A DNA stretch of 64,000 nucleotides from sequence record NC_054934.1; one strand, given 5' to 3'. The notes beneath the pieces are model-generated. The model did not search any database and was not told the DNA's origin. It was given only the letters and a program-made list of their open reading frames with translations. Both the position numbers and the translations under genes were made by a program. Shown here one piece after another: positions 12,098-21,208 of the stretch; position 1 is the stretch's first letter, and each line of letters starts with the position of its first letter. Source of the DNA: Escherichia phage teqskov.

Positions 12098-12671
12098 AAG
12101 ATTTCTCCATTATACGTATAAGGTCGTTCATAAATGAATTAATGTCTGATTTTGCTATTATTTTTATTTGACGAAGTTTTTCATTTTCAAGAACAGCCGC
12201 TTCATACGTATCGACCGCAGCAAGTGCTCCTTCATATTGAGGATATTTTCTAGCTTTATCGCCTTTGTCATACCAAACATATGGATTATCATCGTATGAT
12301 ATTAAATTATAAAATTTTTCACCGTTCTCATTCACATGATATACTATCTGGTCTCCACCCACATTTTTGTATTTTTGTATAGATGCTTGATAAGCAGCTT
12401 CTTGTGAAGTAATCCATCCATAATACGGATCATAATTATCATTACACATCAATAAAACCCAATACAACTGTGGATTTCCGTATATAGTATTTGCTAATTC
12501 TTCCGGGCGTGGTGAACCTTTAATATAATAAGTACGTAAGCGGTATCCCGCAAGAGCACGTTTGAAATAGTCTTTATAGTTTCTAAAAATATCTGTCATA
12601 GGAATAGTCGGCGCGTTTTTATTCACCGTTTTGGCCGCATATTCAATCGGATCAAAAAATGTAAAGAGCAT
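12081..12671 (-). CDS. 53: baseplate wedge protein gp53
   Basis: 196 aa ORF, size and position as T4 gp53; overlaps gene 5 start. Confidence 0.85.
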   Translation of the reverse strand: MLFTFFDPIEYAAKTVNKNAPTIPMTDIFRNYKDYFKRALAGYRLRTYYIKGSPRPEELANTIYGNPQLYWVLLMCNDNYDPYYGWITSQEAAYQASIQKYKNVGGDQIVYHVNENGEKFYNLISYDDNPYVWYDKGDKARKYPQYEGALAAVDTYEAAVLENEKLRQIKIIAKSDINSFMNDLIRIMEKSYGNDK

Positions 12672-12684
12672 GGGCCCTCCTGTT

Positions 12685-12692
12685 TATAAATA
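12685..12692 (+). promoter_or_regulatory. late promoter TATAAATA for gene 4
   Basis: exact TATAAATA about 27 nt upstream of gp4 ATG. Confidence 0.6.
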
Positions 12693-12699
12693 TATTATC

Positions 12700-12707
12700 T
12701 ATTTATA
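12700..12707 (-). promoter_or_regulatory. late promoter TATAAATA for gene 53 (divergent)
   Basis: tatttata on plus strand = TATAAATA on minus, about 30 nt upstream of gp53 ATG. Confidence 0.6.
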
Positions 12708-12718
12708 AGGAGAATCCA

Positions 12719-13171
12719 ATGGCATATTCTGGAAAATGGGTTCCTAAAAATATATCAAAATATAGAGGTGACCCTAAAAAAATTACGTATAGATCAAATT
12801 GGGAAAAATTCTTTTTTGAATGGTTAGATAAAAATCCAGAAATTATTGCATGGGGTAGTGAAACAGCAGTAATTCCTTATTTTTGTAATGCAGAAGGGAA
12901 AAAACGTAGATACTTCATGGATATTTGGATGAAAGATTCTTCTGGACAAGAATTTTTTATTGAAATAAAACCTAAAAAAGAAACACAACCACCAGTTAAA
13001 CCAGCACATCTAACAACTGCAGCGAAGAAAAGATTTATGAATGAAATTTATACATATTCCGTTAATACCGACAAATGGAAAGCAGCGCAAGCTTTAGCTG
13101 AAAAGCGTGGAATAAAATTTAGAATTCTAACAGAAGATGGATTACGAGCTCTTGGCTTTAAGGGGGCATAA
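12719..13171 (+). CDS. 4: head completion protein gp4
   Basis: 150 aa ORF, size and position as T4 gp4. Confidence 0.9.
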
Positions 13172-13995
13172 TGGCTATTTTTCAAATAATTAATGAAAGC
13201 ACTCCCCAAGTTCCAAAGGTTAAGCAATCATTAAACGAAAAGAAATGGATTCAAATAGGTCTTGAATATAAAAAGGCCAAAGCAAAAGGAATGACAGGAA
13301 AGCAATTTGCTGAAGAAAGAGGAATCAAATACTCTACGTTTACTTCAGCAATGTCAAAATATGCTTCAGGAATTAAAACAGCTGAAAAGATTCAAAAGCT
13401 TGAATCAAAACCAATGAATAAACTCAATAAGCAAGAAAGACAACTGCTTATGATAAATTCATTCAGACAAACATTGCGCGATAAAATTCGTAATGAAGGT
13501 GCAGCAATTAATAATAAAACCAGAAAATGGTTTGCTGAAACTATTAAGCAAGTAAAAGGACATAAAGTTGTTCGCCCGCAGCCGGGACGAATATATGCTT
13601 TTGCTTATGACGCTAAACACAAGGAAACTCTTCCTTACTGGGATAAATTTCCTTTGATAATTTATCTTGGTTTAGGTAAGCATAACTTAATGTACGGATT
13701 AAACTTGCACTATATTCCACCTAAAGCTCGTCAGCAATTCCTAGAAGAGCTTTTAAAGCAATATGCAAATACACCTACTATTACTAATAAAACGAAATTA
13801 AAAATTGATTGGAGTCAAGTGAAAGGATTTAGGGGTGCAGACCAAATGATTAAGGCATATATACCTGGTAATATTATGGGTAGCCTTGTTGAAATCGCCC
13901 CGAAAGACTGGGCGAACGTTGTGTTGATGCCACTTCAGCAGTTCGTTTCAAAAGGAAAACGTTTCTCTGCAAACAAAGTCTGGTCAAATATCTAA
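13171..13995 (+). CDS. 2: DNA end protector protein gp2
   Basis: 274 aa ORF, size and position as T4 gp2. Confidence 0.9.
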
Positions 13996-14101
13996 TTCTA
14001 TTATCTTCCATTCTTTTCTGTTGTTTGTTCTAAATGGAATTGAATGGAAGGAACTTAGACCCATTATACCACCAACAGTTATAAAGCATTATGAGGAATA
14101 T

Positions 14102-14632
14102 ATGTCGCAAGCTCTGCAGCAAATTTTTAACCAAGCAAATACAACTAATTTTGTAGTATCAATACCACATAGTAATACTACATCTGCTTTTACTTTAAAT
14201 GCTCAGTCAGTTCCTATTCCAGGAATTAGAATACCTGTTACTGATACCGTGACTGGGCCGTTTGGACTAGGCCGAGCACAACGTCCAGGTGTTACATTTG
14301 AGTACGACCCACTCATCGTGAGATTTATAGTTGATGAAGAGCTTAAGTCATGGATAGGAATGTATGAATGGATGCTAGGAACTAGTAACTATCTTACAGG
14401 CGAAAATACTGCCCAAAAAACAGGTCCTGAGTACATTACGCTTTACATTTTAGATAATAGCAAAACTGAAATCGTGATGTCAATAAATTTTTATAAGCCT
14501 TGGGTTTCTGACCTGTCTGAAGTAGAATTTAGCTACACAGAAGATTCAGACCCAGCCTTAGTATGCACAGCAACGATTCCTTATACGTATTTTCAAGTAG
14601 AAAAAGATGGAAAAATTATAGCAGAAGTTTAA
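14102..14632 (+). CDS. 3: tail completion / sheath stabilizer gp3
   Basis: 176 aa from in-frame ATG (MSQALQQ); ORF track start 14021 appears to be a non-ATG upstream extension. Confidence 0.8.
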   Translation: MSQALQQIFNQANTTNFVVSIPHSNTTSAFTLNAQSVPIPGIRIPVTDTVTGPFGLGRAQRPGVTFEYDPLIVRFIVDEELKSWIGMYEWMLGTSNYLTGENTAQKTGPEYITLYILDNSKTEIVMSINFYKPWVSDLSEVEFSYTEDSDPALVCTATIPYTYFQVEKDGKIIAEV

Positions 14633-14656
14633 TGCTTCAGTTTCATGTGTTATAAT
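14627..14656 (+). promoter_or_regulatory. sigma70-type early promoter upstream of gene 1
   Basis: GTTTAA -35-like box, extended -10 TGtTATAAT, then SD GAGGAG before the ATG. Confidence 0.5.
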
Positions 14657-14681
14657 CTTAACTAAATTTGAGGAGAAACAT

Positions 14682-15406
14682 ATGAAACTAATCTTTTTAA
14701 GTGGTGTAAAGCGTAGTGGAAAAGATACTACTGCAGATTTTATTATGAATAATTATTCTGCAGTTAAATATCAACTTGCTGGTCCTATTAAGGATGCATT
14801 GGCTTATGCATGGGGTGTATTTGCAGCAAACACTGACTATCCTTGTTTAACTCGTAAAGAGTTTGAAGGAATTGACTATGATCGTGAAACTAATTTAAAT
14901 CTGACTAAATTAGAAGTAATTACGATTATGGAACAAGCATTTTGCTATCTTAATAGTAAAAGCCCAATTAAAGGTGTGTTTGTTTTTGATGACGAAGGAA
15001 AAGAATCAGTTACTTTCGTAGCATTTAATAAGATTGCTGACGTTATAAATAATATTGAAGATCAATGGTCAGTCCGTCGTCTGATGCAAGCCCTAGGTAC
15101 GGATTTGATTGTTAATAACTTCGACCGCATGTATTGGGTAAAATTATTTGCTTTAGATTATCTTGATAAATTTAACTCAGGTTATGATTATTATATCGTT
15201 CCTGATACTCGTCAAGATCATGAAATGGATGCGGCTAGGGCGATGGGTGCTACAGTAATTCATGTAGTTCGTCCTGGTCAAAAATCCAATGATACACATA
15301 TTACAGAAGCTGGATTGCCAATTCGTGATGGCGATTTAGTAATTACAAACGATGGTTCTCTTGAAGAACTTTTTTCTAAAATTAAAAATACACTAAAGGT
15401 ACTATA

Positions 15407-15407
<1 letters not shown>
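14682..15407 (+). CDS. 1: deoxynucleoside monophosphate kinase gp1
   Basis: 241 aa ORF; P-loop GVKRSGKDT near N-terminus; size and position as T4 gp1. Confidence 0.9.
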
Positions 15408-16104
<697 letters not shown>

Positions 16105-16116
16105 CTTCATAAAGTT

Positions 16117-16156
16117 GTTTACACGCTGATGAGGTAGTGATACTATTACCTCATCA
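16117..16156 (+). promoter_or_regulatory. early promoter cassette with inverted repeat (PeSL-like)
   Basis: GTTTAC box followed by 10-bp inverted repeat tgatgaggta/tacctcatca flanking gtgatactat. Confidence 0.5.
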
Positions 16157-16176
16157 AAATTAATTAGGAAAATAAA

Positions 16177-16434
16177 ATGAAAACTTATAAAGAGTTTGCT
16201 ACAGAAACTATTATCACTGAATCTTCTCATGGTATGGAAGTAAAGCTTGGAATGGCTTTAGCTGAAGCTGAGCGTCTTTTTTCTCGTATTAAAGAACTTG
16301 CTGCTGCAGTCGATCCTTCATCTTTTAAAGGAGACCAAACTAAAGTTAAAGCACTTTTAGCATTATGCTCTGATGCAGGAGAAATCGCTAAGAACGGTTC
16401 TAAGATGAAGAAACGATTAGAAGATTTAAAATAA
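16177..16434 (+). CDS. internal-protein-like small protein with capsid-targeting-type N-terminus
   Basis: 85 aa; N-terminus MKTYKEFATE resembles the T-even internal protein leader MKTYQEFIAEA. Confidence 0.6.
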   Translation: MKTYKEFATETIITESSHGMEVKLGMALAEAERLFSRIKELAAAVDPSSFKGDQTKVKALLALCSDAGEIAKNGSKMKKRLEDLK

Positions 16435-16446
16435 TTTCACAAAGTT

Positions 16447-16490
16447 GTTTACACGGGGTTTTAGTAGTGATACTATTACCCTATCAAAAC
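16447..16490 (+). promoter_or_regulatory. early promoter cassette (second copy)
   Basis: aaagttgtttacac plus gtagtgatactattaccctatc, near-identical to the copies at 16111 and 16741. Confidence 0.5.
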
Positions 16491-16512
16491 AAATGTGAAA
16501 TTGGAGAATAAA

Positions 16513-16746
16513 ATGAAAACGTATCAAGAATTTATTGCTGAAGCTGCTGATGTAAAAGTTGAGTTTATTTACATTGGCAAGAAAGATAAAATGGGCGAAA
16601 TGCCTCATGGAGTTCTTCGTGATGCATTAGATAATTTCGGTCAACTCGGTGGTGAAGAGTTTGGTGATTATTTTGTTATCTATGGACCAGAAAAAGTCAT
16701 CGAGAAATGGGCTGATAAATATAAATCAATTTTTCGTAAAAAATAA
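16513..16746 (+). CDS. internal-protein-like small protein
   Basis: 77 aa from ATG (MKTYQEFIAEA); track start 16495 is a GTG extension. Confidence 0.6.
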   Translation: MKTYQEFIAEAADVKVEFIYIGKKDKMGEMPHGVLRDALDNFGQLGGEEFGDYFVIYGPEKVIEKWADKYKSIFRKK

Positions 16747-16786
16747 GTTTACTTTTAGATAGGGTAGTGATACTATTACCCTATCT
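16747..16786 (+). promoter_or_regulatory. early promoter cassette (third copy)
   Basis: GTTTAC followed by perfect 10-bp inverted repeat agatagggta/taccctatct. Confidence 0.5.
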
Positions 16787-16804
16787 ACTACTGAGGAGAA
16801 TAAA

Positions 16805-16990
16805 ATGAAACGTTGTGAATTAATTCGAAATGTTGCTATTGCAATTTCTGCTTCCGCTTTTAGTTTTTCAATGTTTGTTGGATTTATATGCGGATTATTA
16901 ACTACAGCAGAAAATGTGTTTTCACTTGTAGTAGCATTTTTAATTGGTTTAATCGCTATCGTTATGGATAAAATTTCTAAAGGTGAATAG
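16805..16990 (+). CDS. small membrane protein
   Basis: 61 aa, two hydrophobic segments. Confidence 0.5.
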   Translation: MKRCELIRNVAIAISASAFSFSMFVGFICGLLTTAENVFSLVVAFLIGLIAIVMDKISKGE

Positions 16991-17401
16991 ATGAGTATTA
17001 ACGAATATTATGTTTATGCCGGGGATTATGCAAATCCTTCTCATTTTGAAGGTAATTTAATACCTGATAAAGTTTTTAATACTCCTTTTGAAGCGTGGAG
17101 TTGGATTGAAAGTAAAAATGGATTTTCTTACCGTTATGTTGAAGTAACTGATTGGAGAGGAACTAAATATCCTAAAGACCATTATTACGTAAATCCATCT
17201 AAGGTAAATTTTCTTTTATTCGCAGGTGATAATTATTATCCTTGTGGCGGATATGATGATTTAATTGCGTATGCTGAAACAGAAGATAAACTGCGTGATA
17301 TCATTAAAGAAAATGAAAATAAACCAGATTATGGTTCCAATCGTTTCGACTGGTGGCAAATCGTAAATGCCCATACTCATGCTATCGTTGATAGAGGCTG
17401 A
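16991..17401 (+). CDS. hypothetical protein
   Basis: 136 aa ORF immediately after the previous stop. Confidence 0.5.
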   Translation: MSINEYYVYAGDYANPSHFEGNLIPDKVFNTPFEAWSWIESKNGFSYRYVEVTDWRGTKYPKDHYYVNPSKVNFLLFAGDNYYPCGGYDDLIAYAETEDKLRDIIKENENKPDYGSNRFDWWQIVNAHTHAIVDRG

Positions 17402-17403
17402 TA

Positions 17404-17697
17404 ATGATTCTTTATGCTAAAGTATCATCCATTGAAAATGGATATAAATATGATCAAGAAGCAGCTAAAGCCTTGATTGATGATTATGGCATTTTAACAT
17501 GTTTTGAAGTTGAAAAGGTTTACATTGACCGTTCATCTTCTCAGGTTAAATTAGTGAAGGAAGACCGTAAATTTAATACAGTAAATTTTGATTTCTTTAT
17601 TGAAACGGAAAAAGGTCCTCTTGAATATGATATTTTCAAGAATCCTTTGGGTCTTGAATGTATTGAATATACTTACATTAATATGGTGAGCAAATGA
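17404..17697 (+). CDS. hypothetical protein
   Basis: 97 aa ORF, tight spacing. Confidence 0.5.
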   Translation: MILYAKVSSIENGYKYDQEAAKALIDDYGILTCFEVEKVYIDRSSSQVKLVKEDRKFNTVNFDFFIETEKGPLEYDIFKNPLGLECIEYTYINMVSK

Positions 17698-18209
17698 ATA
17701 TTTGTTTAGGTACTACAATTCCACAGGGTTACGTAATTGATGTCACTACCTGGGAAAATGATGGTGACAACTATAAAACTAAAACACTGTTTGGCGTAGA
17801 AGAGCATGAAATCTTACAATTCCAATATCTTTTAAAGAAGTTTAAAAGCAGACATTCTAGTACTAAAGCTGAACGTTATTGTGGTAATGGCTTGTTCAGC
17901 GAGCAATCGCTTTTTATTTATGAATACTTGGTTGAAGGACTGTTCTCAGAACAACTTTATCCAGAATTCATTAAAAAGGTCTTTGATATAGAAGTTGACC
18001 TTGGTAATAAATCCGAAGAAGACGAAGAACGCATATTTGACTTATTCTTTGTGAATGGTAATAAAGTGCTTGAAGGACTTATTAATATTTTAGGTAATGC
18101 TTCTGAGTATTATGATTATGATTTTTTGCGTGTAGTTGAGAGTGTTAAATACTCTTATATAGAAGAAGAAATTGTTTTGCCGACCGTTAAAATGTTTAAT
18201 TTGCTTTAA
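17694..18209 (+). CDS. hypothetical protein
   Basis: 171 aa ORF overlapping previous stop. Confidence 0.5.
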   Translation: MNICLGTTIPQGYVIDVTTWENDGDNYKTKTLFGVEEHEILQFQYLLKKFKSRHSSTKAERYCGNGLFSEQSLFIYEYLVEGLFSEQLYPEFIKKVFDIEVDLGNKSEEDEERIFDLFFVNGNKVLEGLINILGNASEYYDYDFLRVVESVKYSYIEEEIVLPTVKMFNLL

Positions 18210-18295
18210 GAATTATTTGTTATTATTAACTCATACCGCACTGATTAATACCCTCTATCATCAAGGGTTCTTGTTTGAGAGCCTTTGTTAATAAT

Positions 18296-18368
18296 TGGGA
18301 ATTAGCCAAGTTGGTAAGGCATAGCACTTTGACTGCTAGATGCAAAGGTTCGAGTCCTTTATTCCCAG
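18296..18368 (+). tRNA. tRNA-Gln (anticodon UUG)
   Basis: cloverleaf read by hand: acceptor tgggaat/attccca, anticodon loop cTTTGac, T-loop ttcgagt. Confidence 0.8.
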
Positions 18369-18369
18369 C

Positions 18370-18456
18370 GCGAGAATGGTCAAATTGGTAAAGGCACAGC
18401 ACTTAAAATGCTGCGGAATGATTTCCTTGTGGGTTCGAGTCCCACTTCTCGCACCA
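18370..18456 (+). tRNA. tRNA-Leu (anticodon UAA), long variable arm, CCA encoded
   Basis: acceptor gcgagaa/ttctcgc, anticodon loop cTTAAaa, T-loop gggttcgagtccc. Confidence 0.8.
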
Positions 18457-18461
18457 AATTT

Positions 18462-18535
<74 letters not shown>

Positions 18536-18545
18536 ATTTAATTTA

Positions 18546-18619
18546 CTCCGTGTAGCTCAGTTTGGTAGAGCGTCTGCTTTGGGAGCAGAATGTCGTAGGT
18601 TCAAATCCTGCCGCGGAGA
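18546..18619 (+). tRNA. tRNA-Pro (anticodon UGG)
   Basis: acceptor ctccgtg/cgcggag (one G-U), anticodon loop tTTGGga. Confidence 0.75.
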
Positions 18620-18621
18620 CT

Positions 18622-18711
18622 GGAGGCGTGGCAGAGTGGTTTAATGCACCGGTCTTGAAAACCGGCAGTCGCTCCGGCGACTCATAGGTTCAAATCCTAT
18701 CGCCTCCGCCA
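18622..18711 (+). tRNA. tRNA-Ser (anticodon UGA), long variable arm, CCA encoded
   Basis: acceptor ggaggcg/cgcctcc, anticodon loop cTTGAaa. Confidence 0.8.
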
Positions 18712-18716
18712 GTTTT

Positions 18717-18792
18717 GCTGATTTAGCTCAGTAGGTAGAGCAGTTGACTGTTAATCAATTGGTCCATGGTTCGAATCCATGCATGTCCGCCA
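18717..18792 (+). tRNA. tRNA-like gene, probably chimeric or defective (anticodon position reads GUU)
   Basis: normal D, anticodon and T arms, but 5' acceptor gctgatt pairs with 3' catgtcc at only 3 of 7 positions. Confidence 0.5.
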
Positions 18793-18918
18793 AACTTGTG
18801 ACAGTTGTCACATTAATATCTACTTGACGCGATTATAGGGGTTGAACTGATCACACTTCTCTTAATTTCGTGTGAAGACATCTTGATTGTTGGAGTAGGT
18901 ATTGCTGTGAACTAATTA

Positions 18919-18995
18919 CGGGGTGTAACTCAATTGTATAGAGTAGCGGTCCTCTAAACCGCAGGTTAAAGGTTAGAATCCTTTCACCCTGACCA
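18919..18995 (+). tRNA. tRNA-Arg (anticodon UCU), CCA encoded
   Basis: acceptor cggggtg/caccctg, anticodon stem gcggt/accgc with loop ccTCTaa. Confidence 0.75.
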
Positions 18996-19016
18996 AATTA
19001 TTGAGAGAATAATATT

Positions 19017-19571
19017 ATGAGAAGTGATGTAGACTGGGACCAAATTAATTTGGCTATAAAAGCTGGATTAATATACCATGGTAATTTTGAAATAACACAA
19101 GAACTAATTGAAAATGTTGCTTTTCTTAAAATAACAGATAAGAAAAAATTCTTTTCTATGACTGAAGCCAAACGCTTGTCAAAATGGAAAGTATTTTGTA
19201 GGACTGCCGCCCTAAATCTTTTGAAATTTAAAGATGAATTTGATATAGAAAAAAGCTATCGACAGGCTTTCGTATACATAATGGTAGATACTACAAATCC
19301 TAATTATTATAAAATAGGAAGAAGTATAGAACCTGATGTTAGAGTTATAACAGCAAATACATTTTCACCGTTTAAAAGTTTTAAAATAGTATCATTTAGA
19401 TATTCCCAGGATGCAGTAGAACTTGAAAAATATATGCACAGCATTTATAATCAGGACCATATAAATGGTGAATGGTTTTTCTTTCATGACATAAGTTCCA
19501 TAGTTAAAAAATTAGATACTAAATCTACACAATTTGAAATACCAAATGAGAAACCGGGTCGCTACCGGTAA
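19017..19571 (+). CDS. T5orf172 / GIY-YIG-related domain protein
   Basis: 184 aa; segment VYIMVDTTNPNYYKIGRS ... R ... E..Y.H ... GEWFFF fits the T5orf172 pattern; no N-terminal GIY-YIG as in segB. Confidence 0.55.
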   Translation: MRSDVDWDQINLAIKAGLIYHGNFEITQELIENVAFLKITDKKKFFSMTEAKRLSKWKVFCRTAALNLLKFKDEFDIEKSYRQAFVYIMVDTTNPNYYKIGRSIEPDVRVITANTFSPFKSFKIVSFRYSQDAVELEKYMHSIYNQDHINGEWFFFHDISSIVKKLDTKSTQFEIPNEKPGRYR

Positions 19572-19859
19572 GTCGTCGGACTGATGTTCCCTGAGTAAGG
19601 AATTGCGTTAATAATCTTTGCGTTTATTGATGCCCTCTTACATCACAGCAGAAACGGCGCACCGAATTATCGATTCGAGGAAATATCTTTGCCGTAAGCC
19701 GAGTAGCGTTTTTGACGGAACGTTCGGATATGGTCGAGATATGGCCTTTTAAAAATATTGAGTAGCGTCAACTACTTAATAACCGGGTTCAAGTCCCGGC
19801 GTTTCGTACAAACACTTGCCTTAGCAGGTGGAACCCCGACAAGGTTGCCGCAAGGCTTA
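19572..19859 (+). ncRNA. probable stable RNA region (T4 species 1/2-like), boundaries not resolved
   Basis: non-coding, GC-richer, contains tRNA-like T-arm ccgggTTCAAGTcccgg; same position relative to tRNA-Arg as the T4 stable RNAs. Confidence 0.35.
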
Positions 19860-19886
19860 GCCCCGACCGAAAGGTTGGGGCTTTTT
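19860..19886 (+). terminator. rho-independent terminator
   Basis: 9-bp stem with GAAA loop (gccccgacc gaaa ggttggggc) followed by TTTTT. Confidence 0.7.
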
Positions 19887-19888
19887 AG

Positions 19889-19896
19889 TATAAATA
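19889..19896 (+). promoter_or_regulatory. late promoter TATAAATA
   Basis: exact TATAAATA about 35 nt upstream of the ATG at 19933. Confidence 0.5.
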
Positions 19897-19932
19897 AGTA
19901 TATTAAAACCACGAATTAAAACAGGAAATAAG

Positions 19933-20406
19933 ATGAAATCATATGCTCAATTTTTAAATGAAGCGGTGTTAAATGAAGCATCTAGCACTGAAATTCAAGC
20001 TGTTGCAAAAGCTGCCATTGCCGCGGGTAAATATTCCTATAAAGATGCTTCCGATGAATCACGATTCCAATTTGCTCGTGATATGAAAGCCGAAGGATTT
20101 ACAGGGAATGCAGTTAGTATGGCTTGGAAAAGTTTAGTTGCTACTGGAGCTGCTTTTGCAAAGGCTTCAGGTAAACCTGCTCCTAAGGCTGATCCTAAAG
20201 CAGCACAAGAAAAAAATATTGCTAAAGGAATTATCTCTAGGTATGAAGCAATTCTTAAAGAACTTTTGATAATCAAAACTGAAGGCCAAAAGCTAGCTCG
20301 TGCTTATAGTTTCAAAGATAACCCACATGTTCACTCTCTTGAATATGTTGAAGACATCCAAAAAATTATTAAAGACCGCATTTGGTCTGCTAAACAAATC
20401 AAATAA
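19933..20406 (+). CDS. internal-protein-like protein, Ala/Lys-rich
   Basis: 157 aa; N-terminus MKSYAQFLNEA resembles the internal protein leader. Confidence 0.55.
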   Translation: MKSYAQFLNEAVLNEASSTEIQAVAKAAIAAGKYSYKDASDESRFQFARDMKAEGFTGNAVSMAWKSLVATGAAFAKASGKPAPKADPKAAQEKNIAKGIISRYEAILKELLIIKTEGQKLARAYSFKDNPHVHSLEYVEDIQKIIKDRIWSAKQIK

Positions 20407-20414
20407 CATTCTTA

Positions 20415-20441
20415 GCCCCAGCCGAAAGGTTGGGGCTTTTT
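20415..20441 (+). terminator. rho-independent terminator (near-duplicate of 19860-19886)
   Basis: gccccagcc gaaa ggttggggc followed by TTTTT. Confidence 0.7.
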
Positions 20442-20575
20442 GGTATCTAGGCCTTTCCGGGCCTCTCTGGGCATCATTTAGTTTATACCCTTTATAATAT
20501 ATTATCCTACCTTTTAATTGTCCCTCCTGACCCTAGAATTCCCTAAAACTTTTTAAAAAATTTTTTCACAAAACT

Positions 20576-20605
20576 GTTTACATCCCTGTTCTTCCATGGT
20601 ACTAT
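20576..20605 (+). promoter_or_regulatory. early promoter cassette (PeSL-like)
   Basis: ttttcacaaaactGTTTACa ... tgGTACTATacaactatcaactactgatacag; near-identical copy at 61825-61890. Confidence 0.55.
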
Positions 20606-20648
20606 ACAACTATCAACTACTGATACAGAAAACAATTTGGAGAATGAA

Positions 20649-20912
20649 ATGGATAATTACGGCGAACTGTTCAACTTCTTTATGAAATGTGTTTCAGAAG
20701 ATTTCGGTCGTACAGTGAATGATATTAAAGTTATCGGTCCTGATCATCCGATGTTTGAAACTTACGCAGTAATGGGTAATGAAGACGGTCAGTGGTATAC
20801 TGTAAAGGTTGTGATTAACATGTTCACGGCAGAAGGTTATGTTAAACTGTCTTCTAAAGTTTACCATGATAACGACGAAATCGCAGAAGAATATTTCAAT
20901 AATATGAAATAA
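20649..20912 (+). CDS. hypothetical protein
   Basis: 87 aa from ATG with SD GGAG 6 nt upstream; track start 20637 is TTG. Confidence 0.5.
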   Translation: MDNYGELFNFFMKCVSEDFGRTVNDIKVIGPDHPMFETYAVMGNEDGQWYTVKVVINMFTAEGYVKLSSKVYHDNDEIAEEYFNNMK

Positions 20913-20981
20913 TTGTGTACAAACACCAAGGACGGTGTTATTATAGACTTATCAAAAACAAATACAGAAACGGAGAAATAA

Positions 20982-21194
20982 ATGACTACTTTAATTATTT
21001 GGTTCGACGAAAATGAAGAAACATACTGCGTGAACATTGGCGAAAGCCCAATGCCAGAATTTGAATCTTCAGATAAAAACTCGGTTGTATCTTGGGCTGA
21101 AGGTTATAAAGCAGCAAAAGGCGATGTTGAAATAGTTTACAAACTCTTGGGAGTAGAGTATAATACTCCCACGGATTATAAAACCCTTAATTAA
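20982..21194 (+). CDS. hypothetical protein
   Basis: 70 aa ORF with SD GGAGAA. Confidence 0.5.
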   Translation: MTTLIIWFDENEETYCVNIGESPMPEFESSDKNSVVSWAEGYKAAKGDVEIVYKLLGVEYNTPTDYKTLN

Positions 21195-21208
21195 CTAAAG
21201 GAAATGCT

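Noticed and set aside
14021-14101. Upstream extension of gene 3 (ORF track start 14021), and similar extensions at 16495, 22397, 37940, 39892, 43533, 56815, 57770
   Set aside because: Track starts fall on TTG or GTG, or lack a Shine-Dalgarno sequence; in-frame ATG codons with good spacing give the expected T4 protein lengths
18796-18811. Perfect palindrome tgtgacagttgtcaca between the tRNA-like element and tRNA-Arg as a protein-binding site
   Set aside because: A single short palindrome in AT-rich DNA; could equally be an RNA processing hairpin; no support beyond symmetry
19017-19571. Calling this ORF segB
   Set aside because: Seg proteins have the GIY-YIG motif at the N-terminus and segB is longer; here the related motif is central and fits T5orf172 better
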